Shown here: positions 45,188 to 55,875 of the stretch, one piece after another
Numbering within the stretch: position 1 is the stretch's first letter
Layout of the letters: each line of letters starts with the position of its first letter
From: a virus
Lineage: Duplodnaviria; Caudoviricetes
Virus record (IMG/VR): IMGVR_UViG_3300005533_000226
Span: 841 to 64,840 of that record
Direction: 5' to 3' (one strand)
DNA: 64,000 nt
Position numbers and translations under genes: made by a program
The notes under the pieces: generated by a model
The model's input: the letters and a program-made list of their open reading frames with translations, nothing else
The model's database searches: none
Told to the model about the DNA's origin: nothing

Positions 45188-47734
45188 ATGGCGATCATCG
45201 CTGTTGCTATTGTCGGCGCTCTCGCGAGCGCCGCTATCACAGGCATGGCGGTGGTGACGGCCTTGACCCTTGCGGGTCTCAGCATTGGCTTGAGCTATGC
45301 CGCGAAGGCACTCACGAAAACCAAGGCGTCGTCAGTCGCTTCCACATCTGGCGTTCAAACGTCGCTGCAAACGGGCGGTGATGTTCCGCGCGGATCGGTG
45401 TTCGGGAAGCAGGGCGTCGCTGGGCAGCTCATCTATTTCAACACCTACGGCGCAGATAACGCCTATCTTGAAATGGTCTTCGCCATCGGCGACGGCCTGC
45501 ACGATGGCATCGACGCGGTTTGGGTTGATGGCGTGCGCAAGACGATCACGCGCACATCTAGCTCGACCTACGCTGAGCATTACACGGTCGATGGGTTTAC
45601 CGGCTTCACGCTCGACTTTTACCTTGGCAAGAGCGGCCAAACCGCCGACGCGAATCTTGTCACCAACGCAAACCCCGCTGGGCGGTGGACATCAGATTTT
45701 AAGCTGACTGGCATCAGCTACATCATTTGCCGGTTGAAATATGATGCCGACCTGTATCCGCAGGGTGTTCCGCAGTTTCTTTTCGAGGTGCGTGGGCGTC
45801 GCCTCTATGATATTCGCAAGGACGATACAGCAGGGGGGTCGGGTGCGCATCGTTGGGATGATGAGACCACTTGGGAATTTTCCGAAAATCCCATTGTGCA
45901 GCTCTATAATTTCCGGCGCGGCTTGTATGTCGCTTCCCAGCTCGTTGTCGGATGCGGTGTCGCGCCCGTCGATCTTGTGCCCGATTATTTCATGGCGGCT
46001 GCCACAGCCTGCGATGAAATCGTTGGTAGCAACCCACGTTTCCGGTGCGGTACTTACGTCTCCGCTGATGAGCAATACGGCGACGTTGTAACCCGGTTCC
46101 TTGAGGCTTGCGCTGGTGTCGAGCAAGAGCGCGCAGGCGCATTCGCCCCCATCGCTGGCGTCGCGCAATCGCTCGCGCTTCCTGATCCGATCACGGACGA
46201 TGATATTGTATCGGGGCAGCCCGTAAAGTTTTCGGCGAAGCAATCGCGCGCGTCGCTATTCAATGCCGTGTTCGGCATCTTCACCGATCCCTCGCAGCAA
46301 TGGAAACAGGTCGCCTATCCGCCGAACACGAATTCGGATGATGAGGCGACGGATGGCGAGCGCCTTGTTGAAACGCTCGACCTGCCGCAGATTCCATACG
46401 TCGATCAGGCTCAGAGGCTTTCCGAGATTGCGCGCAGGCTCGCGCGTCTTCAGGCGACGGCGACGATCACGCTGCCGTATAAATTCGTTGTGCTTGAGCC
46501 GGGCGATTGGATTCAGTGGAATTCCGCGCTGTACGGCAATCGGACTTGGATGGTGACGCAGGCGACGCTTAACGCCGATCACACGAATACGGTTGCGCTT
46601 CGCGAGATTTCGTCCGACGCATATTCGGATGTCACCCCGGCCGCAGGCCCGGCGGTTGGCACGCTTCCGACAGTGGCCACGCGGCTTTCGACGGCGCCAA
46701 GCTTCTCGATTGGGGGAAGCACAATCTTGGGCGCTGGCGGCCTTAAGATTCAGGCGATTGTCTGCAACTGGACTCCGATCCTCGATCTAACGGTTGATCG
46801 GGTCATCGTCGAATATCGCATTCACACTGATGATGATTCTGGCGCCGTGATGACGGCCTCATTCTCCAATGTCCTTTCGGGGCAGGGCGTCATCTCAGCC
46901 GGTATTCAGGCGTCAACCGAATACGATGTCCGCGCCACCATCGAGACAACGCCGGAACGCGCCACAACGTTCACGGCTTGGCAGCAGATGACCACCGGCG
47001 CTGAGCATGTGGTGCCCTCCGCCACCGGCGCCGTTCCTGTTGACGTTCAGCTTACAAGCTTCGATGACGCGCTTCAGGATTTGGTTCGCAATCGCATTAT
47101 GGGCGCGATCAACGATTTGACTACCACGGTTGCCGCCCTCGCGCTTGCGGTCGCCAATCAGGATTCTTCAAACGCGCTCGATAAGCAGGAATTGAAGCGC
47201 AGTATTTCGGCGTCATACGGCAATGCGCTGGCCGCCTTCAACGAGGCGATCATCGCCGCTGTTGGCCCCGGCGGCTCTGTTGTCGAATTGCTCGATGAGT
47301 TACAGGCCACGCTCGATGATGGCACGGCCCTTGGCACGGCATCGTTCATTGTTGGCGTGACACCTTCCGGCGCGGTGGCTTCTTACGAGCTAACCGTGAT
47401 GTCCAACAATACGAAGGCTGGCCTGAAGGTCGCCACGTATGATGACGGGCATGGCGGCCATACATCGCAAGTGCTGATCGAGGCTGATCAGTTTCAGGTC
47501 GGCTCGACCGCCGATGGTGTAGGGTTTATGCCGCTGTTCATCGTGTCAGGCGGCGAGGTTCTTATCAACGGCGACATCATCGCCACCGGCACGATCACGG
47601 CCGACAAACTGAGCGTAGCTACGCTTTCTGCTATCGTCGCGAACGTGGGCTTGCTCACGGCGGGGATGATCCAAAGCGCGGATGGAAAGCTTCAGCTCGA
47701 CCTAGACAATAACCGCCTTGTGATTTCCGACTGA
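45188..47734 (+). CDS. Central tail fibre / host-specificity (gpJ-like) protein
   Basis: VRGRRLYDIR, WEFSENP, LEPGD, FN3-like region, ITADKLSV. Confidence 0.88.
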   Translation: MAIIAVAIVGALASAAITGMAVVTALTLAGLSIGLSYAAKALTKTKASSVASTSGVQTSLQTGGDVPRGSVFGKQGVAGQLIYFNTYGADNAYLEMVFAIGDGLHDGIDAVWVDGVRKTITRTSSSTYAEHYTVDGFTGFTLDFYLGKSGQTADANLVTNANPAGRWTSDFKLTGISYIICRLKYDADLYPQGVPQFLFEVRGRRLYDIRKDDTAGGSGAHRWDDETTWEFSENPIVQLYNFRRGLYVASQLVVGCGVAPVDLVPDYFMAAATACDEIVGSNPRFRCGTYVSADEQYGDVVTRFLEACAGVEQERAGAFAPIAGVAQSLALPDPITDDDIVSGQPVKFSAKQSRASLFNAVFGIFTDPSQQWKQVAYPPNTNSDDEATDGERLVETLDLPQIPYVDQAQRLSEIARRLARLQATATITLPYKFVVLEPGDWIQWNSALYGNRTWMVTQATLNADHTNTVALREISSDAYSDVTPAAGPAVGTLPTVATRLSTAPSFSIGGSTILGAGGLKIQAIVCNWTPILDLTVDRVIVEYRIHTDDDSGAVMTASFSNVLSGQGVISAGIQASTEYDVRATIETTPERATTFTAWQQMTTGAEHVVPSATGAVPVDVQLTSFDDALQDLVRNRIMGAINDLTTTVAALALAVANQDSSNALDKQELKRSISASYGNALAAFNEAIIAAVGPGGSVVELLDELQATLDDGTALGTASFIVGVTPSGAVASYELTVMSNNTKAGLKVATYDDGHGGHTSQVLIEADQFQVGSTADGVGFMPLFIVSGGEVLINGDIIATGTITADKLSVATLSAIVANVGLLTAGMIQSADGKLQLDLDNNRLVISD

Positions 47735-48285
47735 TGACTCGCAGGGTTGTGATGTCATCGAGCGGCATTCGATGTTCGCTCCCCGGTATTGATGCGCTGT
47801 CGCCACCGACAACGGATGAAGATTCGCTGTCGCTTAATTCGGATTGGGATAGTGTATATCGGCTGTGGTCGGTGACGCGGCTCGTGAACACGAGCCTTAA
47901 TCCGCCGGTGGTGATCCCCTTCGCGCCGCTGGATTATCCGCCAGCCGTGCGGTTGTTTATGATTGATCGTTCGACCGGCGAGCAAGTTGATATTCCGGTT
48001 GTCGGCGGTTCGATTGCGGCCTTCGGCGGGACAGCGTTCTATGCCTCGCAGCGTTATCAGGTGCAAAGCTTCAGCAATCCGCTTGCGGGAAGCAACCCGC
48101 CGTATCTAGTTTCGCTTGCGGCTGCGCAGAATTATGGACTCAGCACTGAGGCCGACACAACGGCCGTGCCGCTTCCGGCTTCCGTGAAATTTAATCAGGT
48201 TACGGTTTGGCAGCGCCCCACCAACACCACGCCGGTAGATTCCCTCACCTATGATTTCGTGGTGATGGTTTTCAAAATGCGATGA
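47734..48285 (+). CDS. Tail tip accessory protein
   Basis: GIRCSLPGID N-terminal motif; gene order. Confidence 0.6.
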   Translation: MTRRVVMSSSGIRCSLPGIDALSPPTTDEDSLSLNSDWDSVYRLWSVTRLVNTSLNPPVVIPFAPLDYPPAVRLFMIDRSTGEQVDIPVVGGSIAAFGGTAFYASQRYQVQSFSNPLAGSNPPYLVSLAAAQNYGLSTEADTTAVPLPASVKFNQVTVWQRPTNTTPVDSLTYDFVVMVFKMR

Positions 48286-49406
48286 CCAATCGTCTTCTTG
48301 TCGGGCATAGGTCGCGGACAGTCCCGACCGGCTATGGTGGAAATGATTCTTACACCAAGGTTTTGCTCGACTTTGAAAGCGGCGTTGCGGACTCGAACGT
48401 TGGCGGCCTCGCGAAGACTTGGACGGCGCACGGGGCGATTGCAACCACCGGATCGCAATTCGTTTTCGGTTCTAAGTCTCTCGCCTGCACCGGCAATGTA
48501 AACGATTATATCGACACGCCGGATTCGGCTGACTTTAATCTTGGCGCAGCCGCCTCGTGGGAAATTGACTTTTGGTTCAAGGTCGGCGGCGGCGACGGTA
48601 CGCGCAGGTACATCTTCGGCCAATGCGATTCTGGCGGCAATGATTTTTCGATTGCCTGCGCGGTCAATGAAAACAACAAGCTGTGGGTGCAGCTCTCAAA
48701 TACCGGGAACACAATTCCCGCTACGCTAATCACGGGCACTACATTCCTCACGTCAGGGGCGACGTGGCATCACGCTGTAATTCAGTTCAACGGATATTAT
48801 TATCTTCTTTTCGTTGATGGCGTGATCCAAAACACCACAAATGGCGTTTTCAGCTCGGCGCTTTGGAATAGTTCATCGCCCTTTGCGATTGGCCGTCCCG
48901 GTGCTGGCGCTTTTAATGCGTTTAATGGCTGGGTTGATGAATTCCGAATTTCAGTCGGCGAACAACGATTCTATACGTTCGCATATACTGTGCCGACGCA
49001 GCCATATGATCAGCTCGGAACATCGACATTCACCGATTACGGCGTTTGGCTGAGCAAGCCGGGGATTGATGTTTTCACGGCGACTGACGATCAGTGCTTG
49101 CTCACCACCGGCGCAAAAAATTTCCAATTCCTGATGCGCGGTTCGGTGGCCGTGCCAGCATCGACTAATGTGACCGTTTATTTCGGCACCACGCTGGCAT
49201 CCATTCCCGTTATCGGTTGGGGCGTGAAGAAAACTGTCGGTGGCTGGATCAATCTTCCGGCGTTTGATTCCAATTTGCCGAATGATGGCGAGGCGCTTGG
49301 CATTGTGATGAAAGTGCAGCCTTTCACTGACAGGATTGTTTTCAAGAACATCTATACCATCGACGAAACCGTTGTTTATGTGGTCCTTGGGATGAGCGCG
49401 GCATGA
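48282..49406 (+). CDS. Tail protein with a LamG/concanavalin-like domain
   Basis: WEIDFW...TWHH...LFVDG...FNGWVDEFRIS. Confidence 0.8.
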   Translation: MTNRLLVGHRSRTVPTGYGGNDSYTKVLLDFESGVADSNVGGLAKTWTAHGAIATTGSQFVFGSKSLACTGNVNDYIDTPDSADFNLGAAASWEIDFWFKVGGGDGTRRYIFGQCDSGGNDFSIACAVNENNKLWVQLSNTGNTIPATLITGTTFLTSGATWHHAVIQFNGYYYLLFVDGVIQNTTNGVFSSALWNSSSPFAIGRPGAGAFNAFNGWVDEFRISVGEQRFYTFAYTVPTQPYDQLGTSTFTDYGVWLSKPGIDVFTATDDQCLLTTGAKNFQFLMRGSVAVPASTNVTVYFGTTLASIPVIGWGVKKTVGGWINLPAFDSNLPNDGEALGIVMKVQPFTDRIVFKNIYTIDETVVYVVLGMSAA

Positions 49407-49903
49407 GTCGGCGTCTCAAGGTCACGAAGGACGGCATCATTGTCGTCGGCCCCGGCTATGATGCCGACACGGCCACGCTCGATCAGATGACGTTCAATTC
49501 GCAGCTTGCTGCTGTGAACCGTTCGATTGTCGGAATGGCGTTGGTAGTGCGGCGTCAATTCGTGACCGTCACAACGAGCAATGCGATTCCTGTGACTACC
49601 ACATATTTCGGCAAGACGTTTCCTTATCCGCCGTTTTTTGCGTACATCGAAGAACAGGTTTCAACCAGTGCATTTGATGCTACGCGCGCCAACGTCATTC
49701 TGACTTATCGGCCGCCAGCTATGGACCTGTACGGATATTCCAGCGTCGGCACCACGCTATATACAGCGCCGACAACAGGCATCTATGCCGCGATTTTTGA
49801 GGATCACGTCGATTGGTACAATTTCAATCAGGGCGGCGATCCACGCAATTCGCCGCCCTATGATCACTATTACGATTGCGTGAGGTGGATGGCATACGCA
49901 TGA
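49403..49903 (+). CDS. Tail tip accessory protein
   Basis: GIIVVGPGYD motif, similar to its neighbours. Confidence 0.6.
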   Translation: MSRRLKVTKDGIIVVGPGYDADTATLDQMTFNSQLAAVNRSIVGMALVVRRQFVTVTTSNAIPVTTTYFGKTFPYPPFFAYIEEQVSTSAFDATRANVILTYRPPAMDLYGYSSVGTTLYTAPTTGIYAAIFEDHVDWYNFNQGGDPRNSPPYDHYYDCVRWMAYA

Positions 49904-50310
49904 AAACGCTTTTGGTCTATACGCCTGATGACGGTCGCATTATGCAGCGGCAGCAGGGCTCCTTTTCGCCGACCATCGTTGATCAGTACGCTTCTGCCGG
50001 GATGAAATGCCTCATCTTGGAAAAAGACATCTATGACATCTTGTACGTGAAAGACGGCGAGCTGCGTTCGCGGCCGAAAATGTCGATCACGCAGGACAAG
50101 ATGGAAGCGATAGGCGACGGTAAGGATGAGGTTACGTTTAGCGGCATCCCGCCGGGCGCCACGGTTCTTGTCGATGACGGGCACTCGCAGGCGACCTACG
50201 TGCCGACTGACGGCAAGGCGGAAATCTCATCGCCGGAAAGCGGGAACGTCATCGTGCATGTTGCGCTTTGGCCTTATCTCGAATGGGCTGGGAGTATCAC
50301 TTTCAAATGA
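49900..50310 (+). CDS. Tail fibre assembly-like protein
   Basis: YVKDG; coupled ORF. Confidence 0.55.
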   Translation: MKTLLVYTPDDGRIMQRQQGSFSPTIVDQYASAGMKCLILEKDIYDILYVKDGELRSRPKMSITQDKMEAIGDGKDEVTFSGIPPGATVLVDDGHSQATYVPTDGKAEISSPESGNVIVHVALWPYLEWAGSITFK

Positions 50311-50678
50311 AAATCGCCATCAATCGGAATCTATCTGACAAGGTTGCGAGCGCGGAAGAAGCCGTCAACGCGCATTTCAACGGTTTCGGGATGGCCCGCA
50401 CGCACACCGACGAAGCGCACCGACGAAAGCGCATCGAGGCTCAGGATTTTCTAGCGGGCGCCAATAAGGCGCCCGTTTTGCTTTCCGAAGAAAGCAGGCG
50501 CACCGGCATCGCGGTTGAGCTGCTTGCGAAGGCGATCATCAAGAAGCCCGACGAATTTGCCGGGCGTGAACATGCGCGGCGCGCACTGATTGAGAAGATT
50601 CGCGCCGCCAAGAGCGGGCGTGAAATCGACTCGCTGTTGCAGGCCGCCAATATAGGGCGGGCAAATGGCGTTCGGTGA
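50307..50678 (+). CDS. Tail fibre assembly-like protein
   Basis: Coupled helical ORF. Confidence 0.55.
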   Translation: MKIAINRNLSDKVASAEEAVNAHFNGFGMARTHTDEAHRRKRIEAQDFLAGANKAPVLLSEESRRTGIAVELLAKAIIKKPDEFAGREHARRALIEKIRAAKSGREIDSLLQAANIGRANGVR

Positions 50679-51552
50679 TCTTTACAGCGCAGGTACGGTA
50701 TCAGTCACATCGGGCAACACCGCCGTCACCGGCGTAGGCACGCTATGGTCGCTTGCGCTCGTTGCTGGCGACTCGTTTGAATCGGGCGGCATCCGCGTAA
50801 CCATCAAGACCGTCACCGACGATACGCACCTTGTTCTTGCGTATGGTTGGCCCGGCAGCAATCTCAGCGGCGCCTCATATGTGGTGCGCGAGGATTCTGG
50901 CCTTCGTCACGATCCGACTGAGATGACAGGGCGCGTTCGCGATCTTCTGCAAACGCTTCAGGTCTTTGATACCGCGCTTCCGATCATCGGCGTCAATTCC
51001 GCCGTTACCGCGCCAACCGGCAGCGAGGCGACAGGCACCAAGTACCGTGTCCTCCCCGGTGCAACTGGCGCATTTGCCGGGCACGATAATCAGATTGCGG
51101 AGAAGCAGGACACCGGATGGTTCTTCACGGTCCCTGAGGGCGGTTGGCAGGTCTTTGACGATTCAACGTTCTATCCGCTGGCTTATGACGGCGCGGGGAA
51201 TTGGAATCGCCTGTCAGGTCCGTATGACGTTCCCGTGTGGATCGCCGGGCGGCCGATTGAGTCCGAAATCATCTTCAAGATGAAATTCGTGACGCAGGTG
51301 AAATTCGCGACGGCGATTGCCGGGAGTCTCGGCGTCGCTGATGTCGCGGCTACAGCCGACTCTATTTTCTCGGTGCAAAAAAACGGCAGCGAGGTTGGGC
51401 AGGTCAAATTCGCCGCGTCGTCATCGACGGCGGTATTTATCGCCGCAAGCCCGTTCACTTTCAATCCCGGCGATGTTCTCAGCATCGTCGCGCCCGCCGT
51501 TCGCGACGCAACTCTTTCAAATATCGCGTTCACCCTAACGGGCACGCGCTGA
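50665..51552 (+). CDS. Tail fibre-related protein (DUF2793-like domain)
   Basis: YSAGTVSVT...; GATGAFAGHDNQIA...GWFFTVPEGGW. Confidence 0.75.
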   Translation: MAFGDLYSAGTVSVTSGNTAVTGVGTLWSLALVAGDSFESGGIRVTIKTVTDDTHLVLAYGWPGSNLSGASYVVREDSGLRHDPTEMTGRVRDLLQTLQVFDTALPIIGVNSAVTAPTGSEATGTKYRVLPGATGAFAGHDNQIAEKQDTGWFFTVPEGGWQVFDDSTFYPLAYDGAGNWNRLSGPYDVPVWIAGRPIESEIIFKMKFVTQVKFATAIAGSLGVADVAATADSIFSVQKNGSEVGQVKFAASSSTAVFIAASPFTFNPGDVLSIVAPAVRDATLSNIAFTLTGTR

Positions 51553-51576
51553 TCAATCTGAATAAGGAGACCTAGA

Positions 51577-52083
51577 ATGACACCGACCGTTATGGTGACG
51601 GATGGCGGCCCGCATCCTGCTGACAAATGGGCTGAGGTTACGGCTGGCCAGCTTGGCGACCTGATCGTGCTTGGCCCGAATGCCTCGCCGAAGGTTCGGC
51701 GCGAGAAGGAAAAATTTGTCATCTCGCTTCAGGAAGCTTTCGAGGGCCATCATCAAGACGTGCAGGATAACGAGGCGGCGGCGCTCAAGAAGGAAGGCAC
51801 CGCGCGCTTGTCCACCGGCTATCGCGAACACGTCGAGAAGCGGAAGGCTGCTGCGCTCAAGTCCGTCGCCGACGCCGCGAAGGGCACGTCATTCGAGTCG
51901 CATTTCGCGCGCCCCGAAATTCAGGAAATCGTTTGGCGCATGATCAGCCAGCATTTCACCAGCTCGATGAAGATTCATCGGAGCTGGCACGCTGACGCCA
52001 ATCCCGACGACAAACACGCGAAGGCGTTCAAGGCGCGTCGGATTGAATCGCCCATCGGCGGTCTCGCGCCAGCTACCAAGTAA
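51577..52083 (+). CDS. Hypothetical phage protein
   Basis: AGGAGA RBS; TDGGPHPADKWA. Confidence 0.65.
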   Translation: MTPTVMVTDGGPHPADKWAEVTAGQLGDLIVLGPNASPKVRREKEKFVISLQEAFEGHHQDVQDNEAAALKKEGTARLSTGYREHVEKRKAAALKSVADAAKGTSFESHFARPEIQEIVWRMISQHFTSSMKIHRSWHADANPDDKHAKAFKARRIESPIGGLAPATK

Positions 52084-52154
52084 CCCGCCCGCATAAGCGG
52101 ACAACTCCACAAAACGAAAAAGAACAAACGCCTTAACGGGCGGGGAGTCTATCA

Positions 52155-52823
52155 ATGGCTGGTATCACCACCGCGTTCTTGACATCGTTCAAGAGCGATC
52201 TTTTCTCCGCGTTGCATTGCTTCAACGCTACTGTCGTAAAAACCGGCGTTAACGGAACGTCCGGCCAATTCGGCCTTACTGGATTGGCGAACGTCACCGG
52301 CCTTGCGGTCGGCATGGCCGTGTCGGGCACCAACATTGCCGCTGGCGCCGTTGTAGCGTCCATCGACTCGTCCACAACCTGTACGTTGTCGAAGGCCCAC
52401 ACCGGCACGATTTCGTCCGGCTCGATTACCTTCACCGGCGACGTGTTCAAGGTCGCGCTGATCAAGTCGGGCATGGCGGGCACCTATGGCGCCTCGACCA
52501 CCAACTACACGGACGTAACGGGCAATTCGGACGAAGCGTCCGGCACCGGCTATACCGCTGGCGGACAGGCGCTTGCCGGGCAGGCTTCGCCGACCATATC
52601 GGGCACCACGGCATTCGTCGATTGGACAACCGATCCATCGTGGACATCCGCGACGCTGAGCGTTGCCGGTATGATCATTTACAACACCTCGCAACGCGGA
52701 CCTACCGCGACGCGCGCGATGTCGGTGCATGATTTCGGCGGCACGCAATCGGTGACGGCTGGCACGTTTACGGTTGTTCTGCCGACCGCTGACTCGTCCA
52801 ACGCGATCCTGCGCATCGGCTAA
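52155..52823 (+). CDS. Virion structural protein (fibre or decoration base)
   Basis: FKVAL...GTGYTAGG...DFGG..SVTAGTFTV. Confidence 0.7.
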   Translation: MAGITTAFLTSFKSDLFSALHCFNATVVKTGVNGTSGQFGLTGLANVTGLAVGMAVSGTNIAAGAVVASIDSSTTCTLSKAHTGTISSGSITFTGDVFKVALIKSGMAGTYGASTTNYTDVTGNSDEASGTGYTAGGQALAGQASPTISGTTAFVDWTTDPSWTSATLSVAGMIIYNTSQRGPTATRAMSVHDFGGTQSVTAGTFTVVLPTADSSNAILRIG

Positions 52824-52910
52824 GGCTGAAAAAGAAGAACAAAAAAATGGGGGCGCTGCGCTTCATCGCGGCGCCCCTTCGCCTTTTGACTTGATGCGCA
52901 GGGGGAAGCG

Positions 52911-55778
52911 ATGGCACTTGCTGTTTCTTTCCGAGCGCAAGTTACGGATACGAGCAACGCCACAACCTACACCTACAACGGTGTGGACATCGGGGCGGTG
53001 CAATCCGACAAGATTGTTGTCGTCGGCGTAGCGTCTTCGGCCGTTTCTGTTTCCACCTCGATCAGCGGCGTCACGCTGGATTCGGGGGATGGAAACGGCG
53101 CCGTCTCGATGACGCGCATCGAAACGCAATTCAACAGCCAAGACACCGTTGCGCTTTTCTGGCTTGCGGTTCCGGCCGGTAATACGACAGGCAACATTGT
53201 CGTTACGAATAGCGCGGGCAAGGGCCGTTGCTCGATTGGCGTGTGGGCCATCACCGGATCGGCTTCGGTTGGTGTGGTCGATCACAACAATTCGACAGCG
53301 ACGAATCCGGCGGCCACGCTCACCACGGTCAATGGCGGCGTGTCGATTGGTGTTGCGGCTACCCGCAACAGCGTCACCACGTTTACGTGGACGAATCTTA
53401 CCAAAGATTTCGACACGCAGCCTGAAGCCACGGCGACGTTCAGCGGCGGCAGCGCCACCGACTCCTCAACGTCGCGCGCCATCACCGCGACGCCCGGCTC
53501 ATCGAGCGAGCCGGTTGGCGCGTTCGCTTCGTTCAAGATTCTGGCGCTGATCCCGCCCGGCGTCTCCGCCACGGCCGCCGTTGGATCGCTTGCGCCTACA
53601 GTTAAGATTGCGCCTTCAATCGGCGTCGCAGGCACCGCCGCTGCTGGCATTGCGCAGCGCGCCGGGACGAATGCTAACCCGACAGGCGTTCATGCTACCG
53701 GCATTGTGCCGGGTGCGATTTATGCGCAGCATATTCTTCAGTTTTCTGCGCCTTCGCCGAATTCGACTCTCATCCTGTCTAAGAACACCTATTCAGGCAC
53801 GTTCACGATTAAGGGCGAGTGTCGGACGATTTCGCAGAACGCGGAATTTCCTTGGGTAGTCGGCAACATTCTTTGGCACTATCAGGACAGCACGCACTTT
53901 TTTGCTGTCGCGTTCCAAACGAATCTTCTCGATTTTTACAAAGAAGACCCCGCTTATCTCGGAAATCAGCGGTTCATTTATACTGACGTTCCGACATCCG
54001 CGCTTGGCCAGTGGATGCCGTTTGAGATTGACGTTAACGGTTCCGATGCCGTCATCAAGGTCAATGGCTCGACCGTTTACACGTTCACGGAAACAGAAAA
54101 TCCGTACACGTCAGGCAAGATTGGCCTTTATGTCGAATCGGCGGTGTGCGAATTCCGCAATATCACCGGGCCGTTCACGGAAGACTTTTCCGGTCTCGCT
54201 ATCGGCTCGACATACAATAGCGCCGATGATGTTGGCTCGAATTTAAATGTCCAATTCATCGGAACCGGATCGGGCGGCTTCGTCAAGATTGTCGGCGACA
54301 CTGGTAACATTGTCGCCAAGACGCCGACCGGCGTTGCTGGCACGGCCGCTGTCGGCTCCCCGGCTGAGCCGCACAGCCAGCCTGTCAATGGCGTCTCAGC
54401 AGCCACATCGGTTGGTTCGCTTACGTTCGTTCGCGGAACAACCGCTGTCGGCGTCTCCGCCACCGCTGCTGTAGGCACGCCTTCTGATCGGCAAATCACT
54501 ACCGCGCCCGCGCTCGGTGTTCAGGCTACCGCTGCAACGCCAGCGACGGCTATCCCCATCGTCTTTAATTGGGCGAGCCATTGCAACGGCGGCGGTGGTT
54601 CTATTACGGGCACCAGCGTCACCATCGGCTCGACCAACGTTGGCGTCGCCAACGGGACGTTCAATCAGGGCGACTTTCTCGTTGCCATTCTGAATATCCA
54701 CACCACCGGCTCCGATCCCGGCAGCCCCGATCCCGTCAGCGGCTTTACCACGCTAATTGATAGCTGGGATTCTGTATCTCATACGCGGGTTTGGGTCGGC
54801 TACAAATTTGCCGGTGTTTCCGAAAGCGGAGCGTATCCCGCAAGTTGGTCGGGCAGCGCGGACGGTATCGCTTGGGCGTTGCTGAATTTTGATAACGTCG
54901 ATCCGAATAATCCAATCGACGTTAGCGCGGTCGCTGCTTATGGCAATTCTGGAACGCACACCGTTCCGTCGATCACGCCGAATTACAGCAATGATTATTG
55001 GTTAGCGATTGAGGTTCGGCCCGGCGCAAACACGCCGGACACGCCGCAATCTCCGCTGATTGGACTGGCTGACGTTAACGGCAATTCTTCTGCTGGGCGT
55101 CCTGAAATTTCGATTGCCGGTCTTCAGCTAACATCAGGATCGGCGACCGGCACTGGCACATTTACGCAGGCCAGCTTTACGCAGAACAATCAGGGCGTTT
55201 CGATTGGCCTGAAGACGGCGCCGGGGCAGGCGCAGTTTTCAACTGTTTCGATCACCCCGCTGGGCGCTTCGGCCACAGGCGCGGCAGGCTCACCTTCTCG
55301 AATTGTTGCGCCTGCTGGATCGTATGGCGTCTCTGCCACCGCTGCCGTTGGTTCGCAAAGCTTTATTCGTGGATCGACCGCCGTTGGCGTCTCTGCCACG
55401 GCGGCTCTTGGTAGCGTCGCGGTCACGAGCGCAACGCAGGTTCCCGCCGTTGGTGTCTCTGCCACGGCGGCGGCCGGACAGGCTCAATCGCTTCGCGTGG
55501 TTTCGGTTATTGGCGTTGCCGCCAATTCTAATGTTGGCAGCATCGTCAAGCTGAACACTCCGAACAATGTTGGCGTTCAGGCAAATACTGCCATCGGGGC
55601 GTTGGCTGTAAAGGTCAAAATCGCGCCGGGCTTTGGCGTGAGCGCGAGCGGAGTCGTCGGCACCCTAACGCACGTCGATGTGAAAGCGATCATCGGCGTT
55701 GCAGCCAACGCTAACGTTGGGGCGCTCGCGATAAGTCACATCATTAAACGGCGACGAGTCTTCGCCGTAGCAAGCTGA
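52911..55778 (+). CDS. Large repetitive virion fibre / adhesin-like protein
   Basis: 955 aa Gly/Ala/Thr/Ser-rich; many GVSATAAVG-type repeats with inserted globular beta domains. Confidence 0.75.
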   Translation: MALAVSFRAQVTDTSNATTYTYNGVDIGAVQSDKIVVVGVASSAVSVSTSISGVTLDSGDGNGAVSMTRIETQFNSQDTVALFWLAVPAGNTTGNIVVTNSAGKGRCSIGVWAITGSASVGVVDHNNSTATNPAATLTTVNGGVSIGVAATRNSVTTFTWTNLTKDFDTQPEATATFSGGSATDSSTSRAITATPGSSSEPVGAFASFKILALIPPGVSATAAVGSLAPTVKIAPSIGVAGTAAAGIAQRAGTNANPTGVHATGIVPGAIYAQHILQFSAPSPNSTLILSKNTYSGTFTIKGECRTISQNAEFPWVVGNILWHYQDSTHFFAVAFQTNLLDFYKEDPAYLGNQRFIYTDVPTSALGQWMPFEIDVNGSDAVIKVNGSTVYTFTETENPYTSGKIGLYVESAVCEFRNITGPFTEDFSGLAIGSTYNSADDVGSNLNVQFIGTGSGGFVKIVGDTGNIVAKTPTGVAGTAAVGSPAEPHSQPVNGVSAATSVGSLTFVRGTTAVGVSATAAVGTPSDRQITTAPALGVQATAATPATAIPIVFNWASHCNGGGGSITGTSVTIGSTNVGVANGTFNQGDFLVAILNIHTTGSDPGSPDPVSGFTTLIDSWDSVSHTRVWVGYKFAGVSESGAYPASWSGSADGIAWALLNFDNVDPNNPIDVSAVAAYGNSGTHTVPSITPNYSNDYWLAIEVRPGANTPDTPQSPLIGLADVNGNSSAGRPEISIAGLQLTSGSATGTGTFTQASFTQNNQGVSIGLKTAPGQAQFSTVSITPLGASATGAAGSPSRIVAPAGSYGVSATAAVGSQSFIRGSTAVGVSATAALGSVAVTSATQVPAVGVSATAAAGQAQSLRVVSVIGVAANSNVGSIVKLNTPNNVGVQANTAIGALAVKVKIAPGFGVSASGVVGTLTHVDVKAIIGVAANANVGALAISHIIKRRRVFAVAS

Positions 55779-55830
55779 CGGTAAGGAAAACCAACCCGCG
55801 CGCGGGAAGCGCGACCAACCGTCAATTCAT

Positions 55831-55862
55831 GGGGCCGCCTTCGGGCGGCCCCTTCGTTTTTC
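55831..55862 (+). terminator. Rho-independent terminator
   Basis: GGGGCCGCC-TTCG-GGCGGCCCC followed by a T-rich tail. Confidence 0.7.
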
Positions 55863-55875
55863 CGGGGATGAGGCC

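Noticed and set aside
45188-55778. Diversity-generating retroelement or invertible tail-fibre cassette
   Set aside because: No reverse transcriptase, invertase or template/variable repeat pair was seen.
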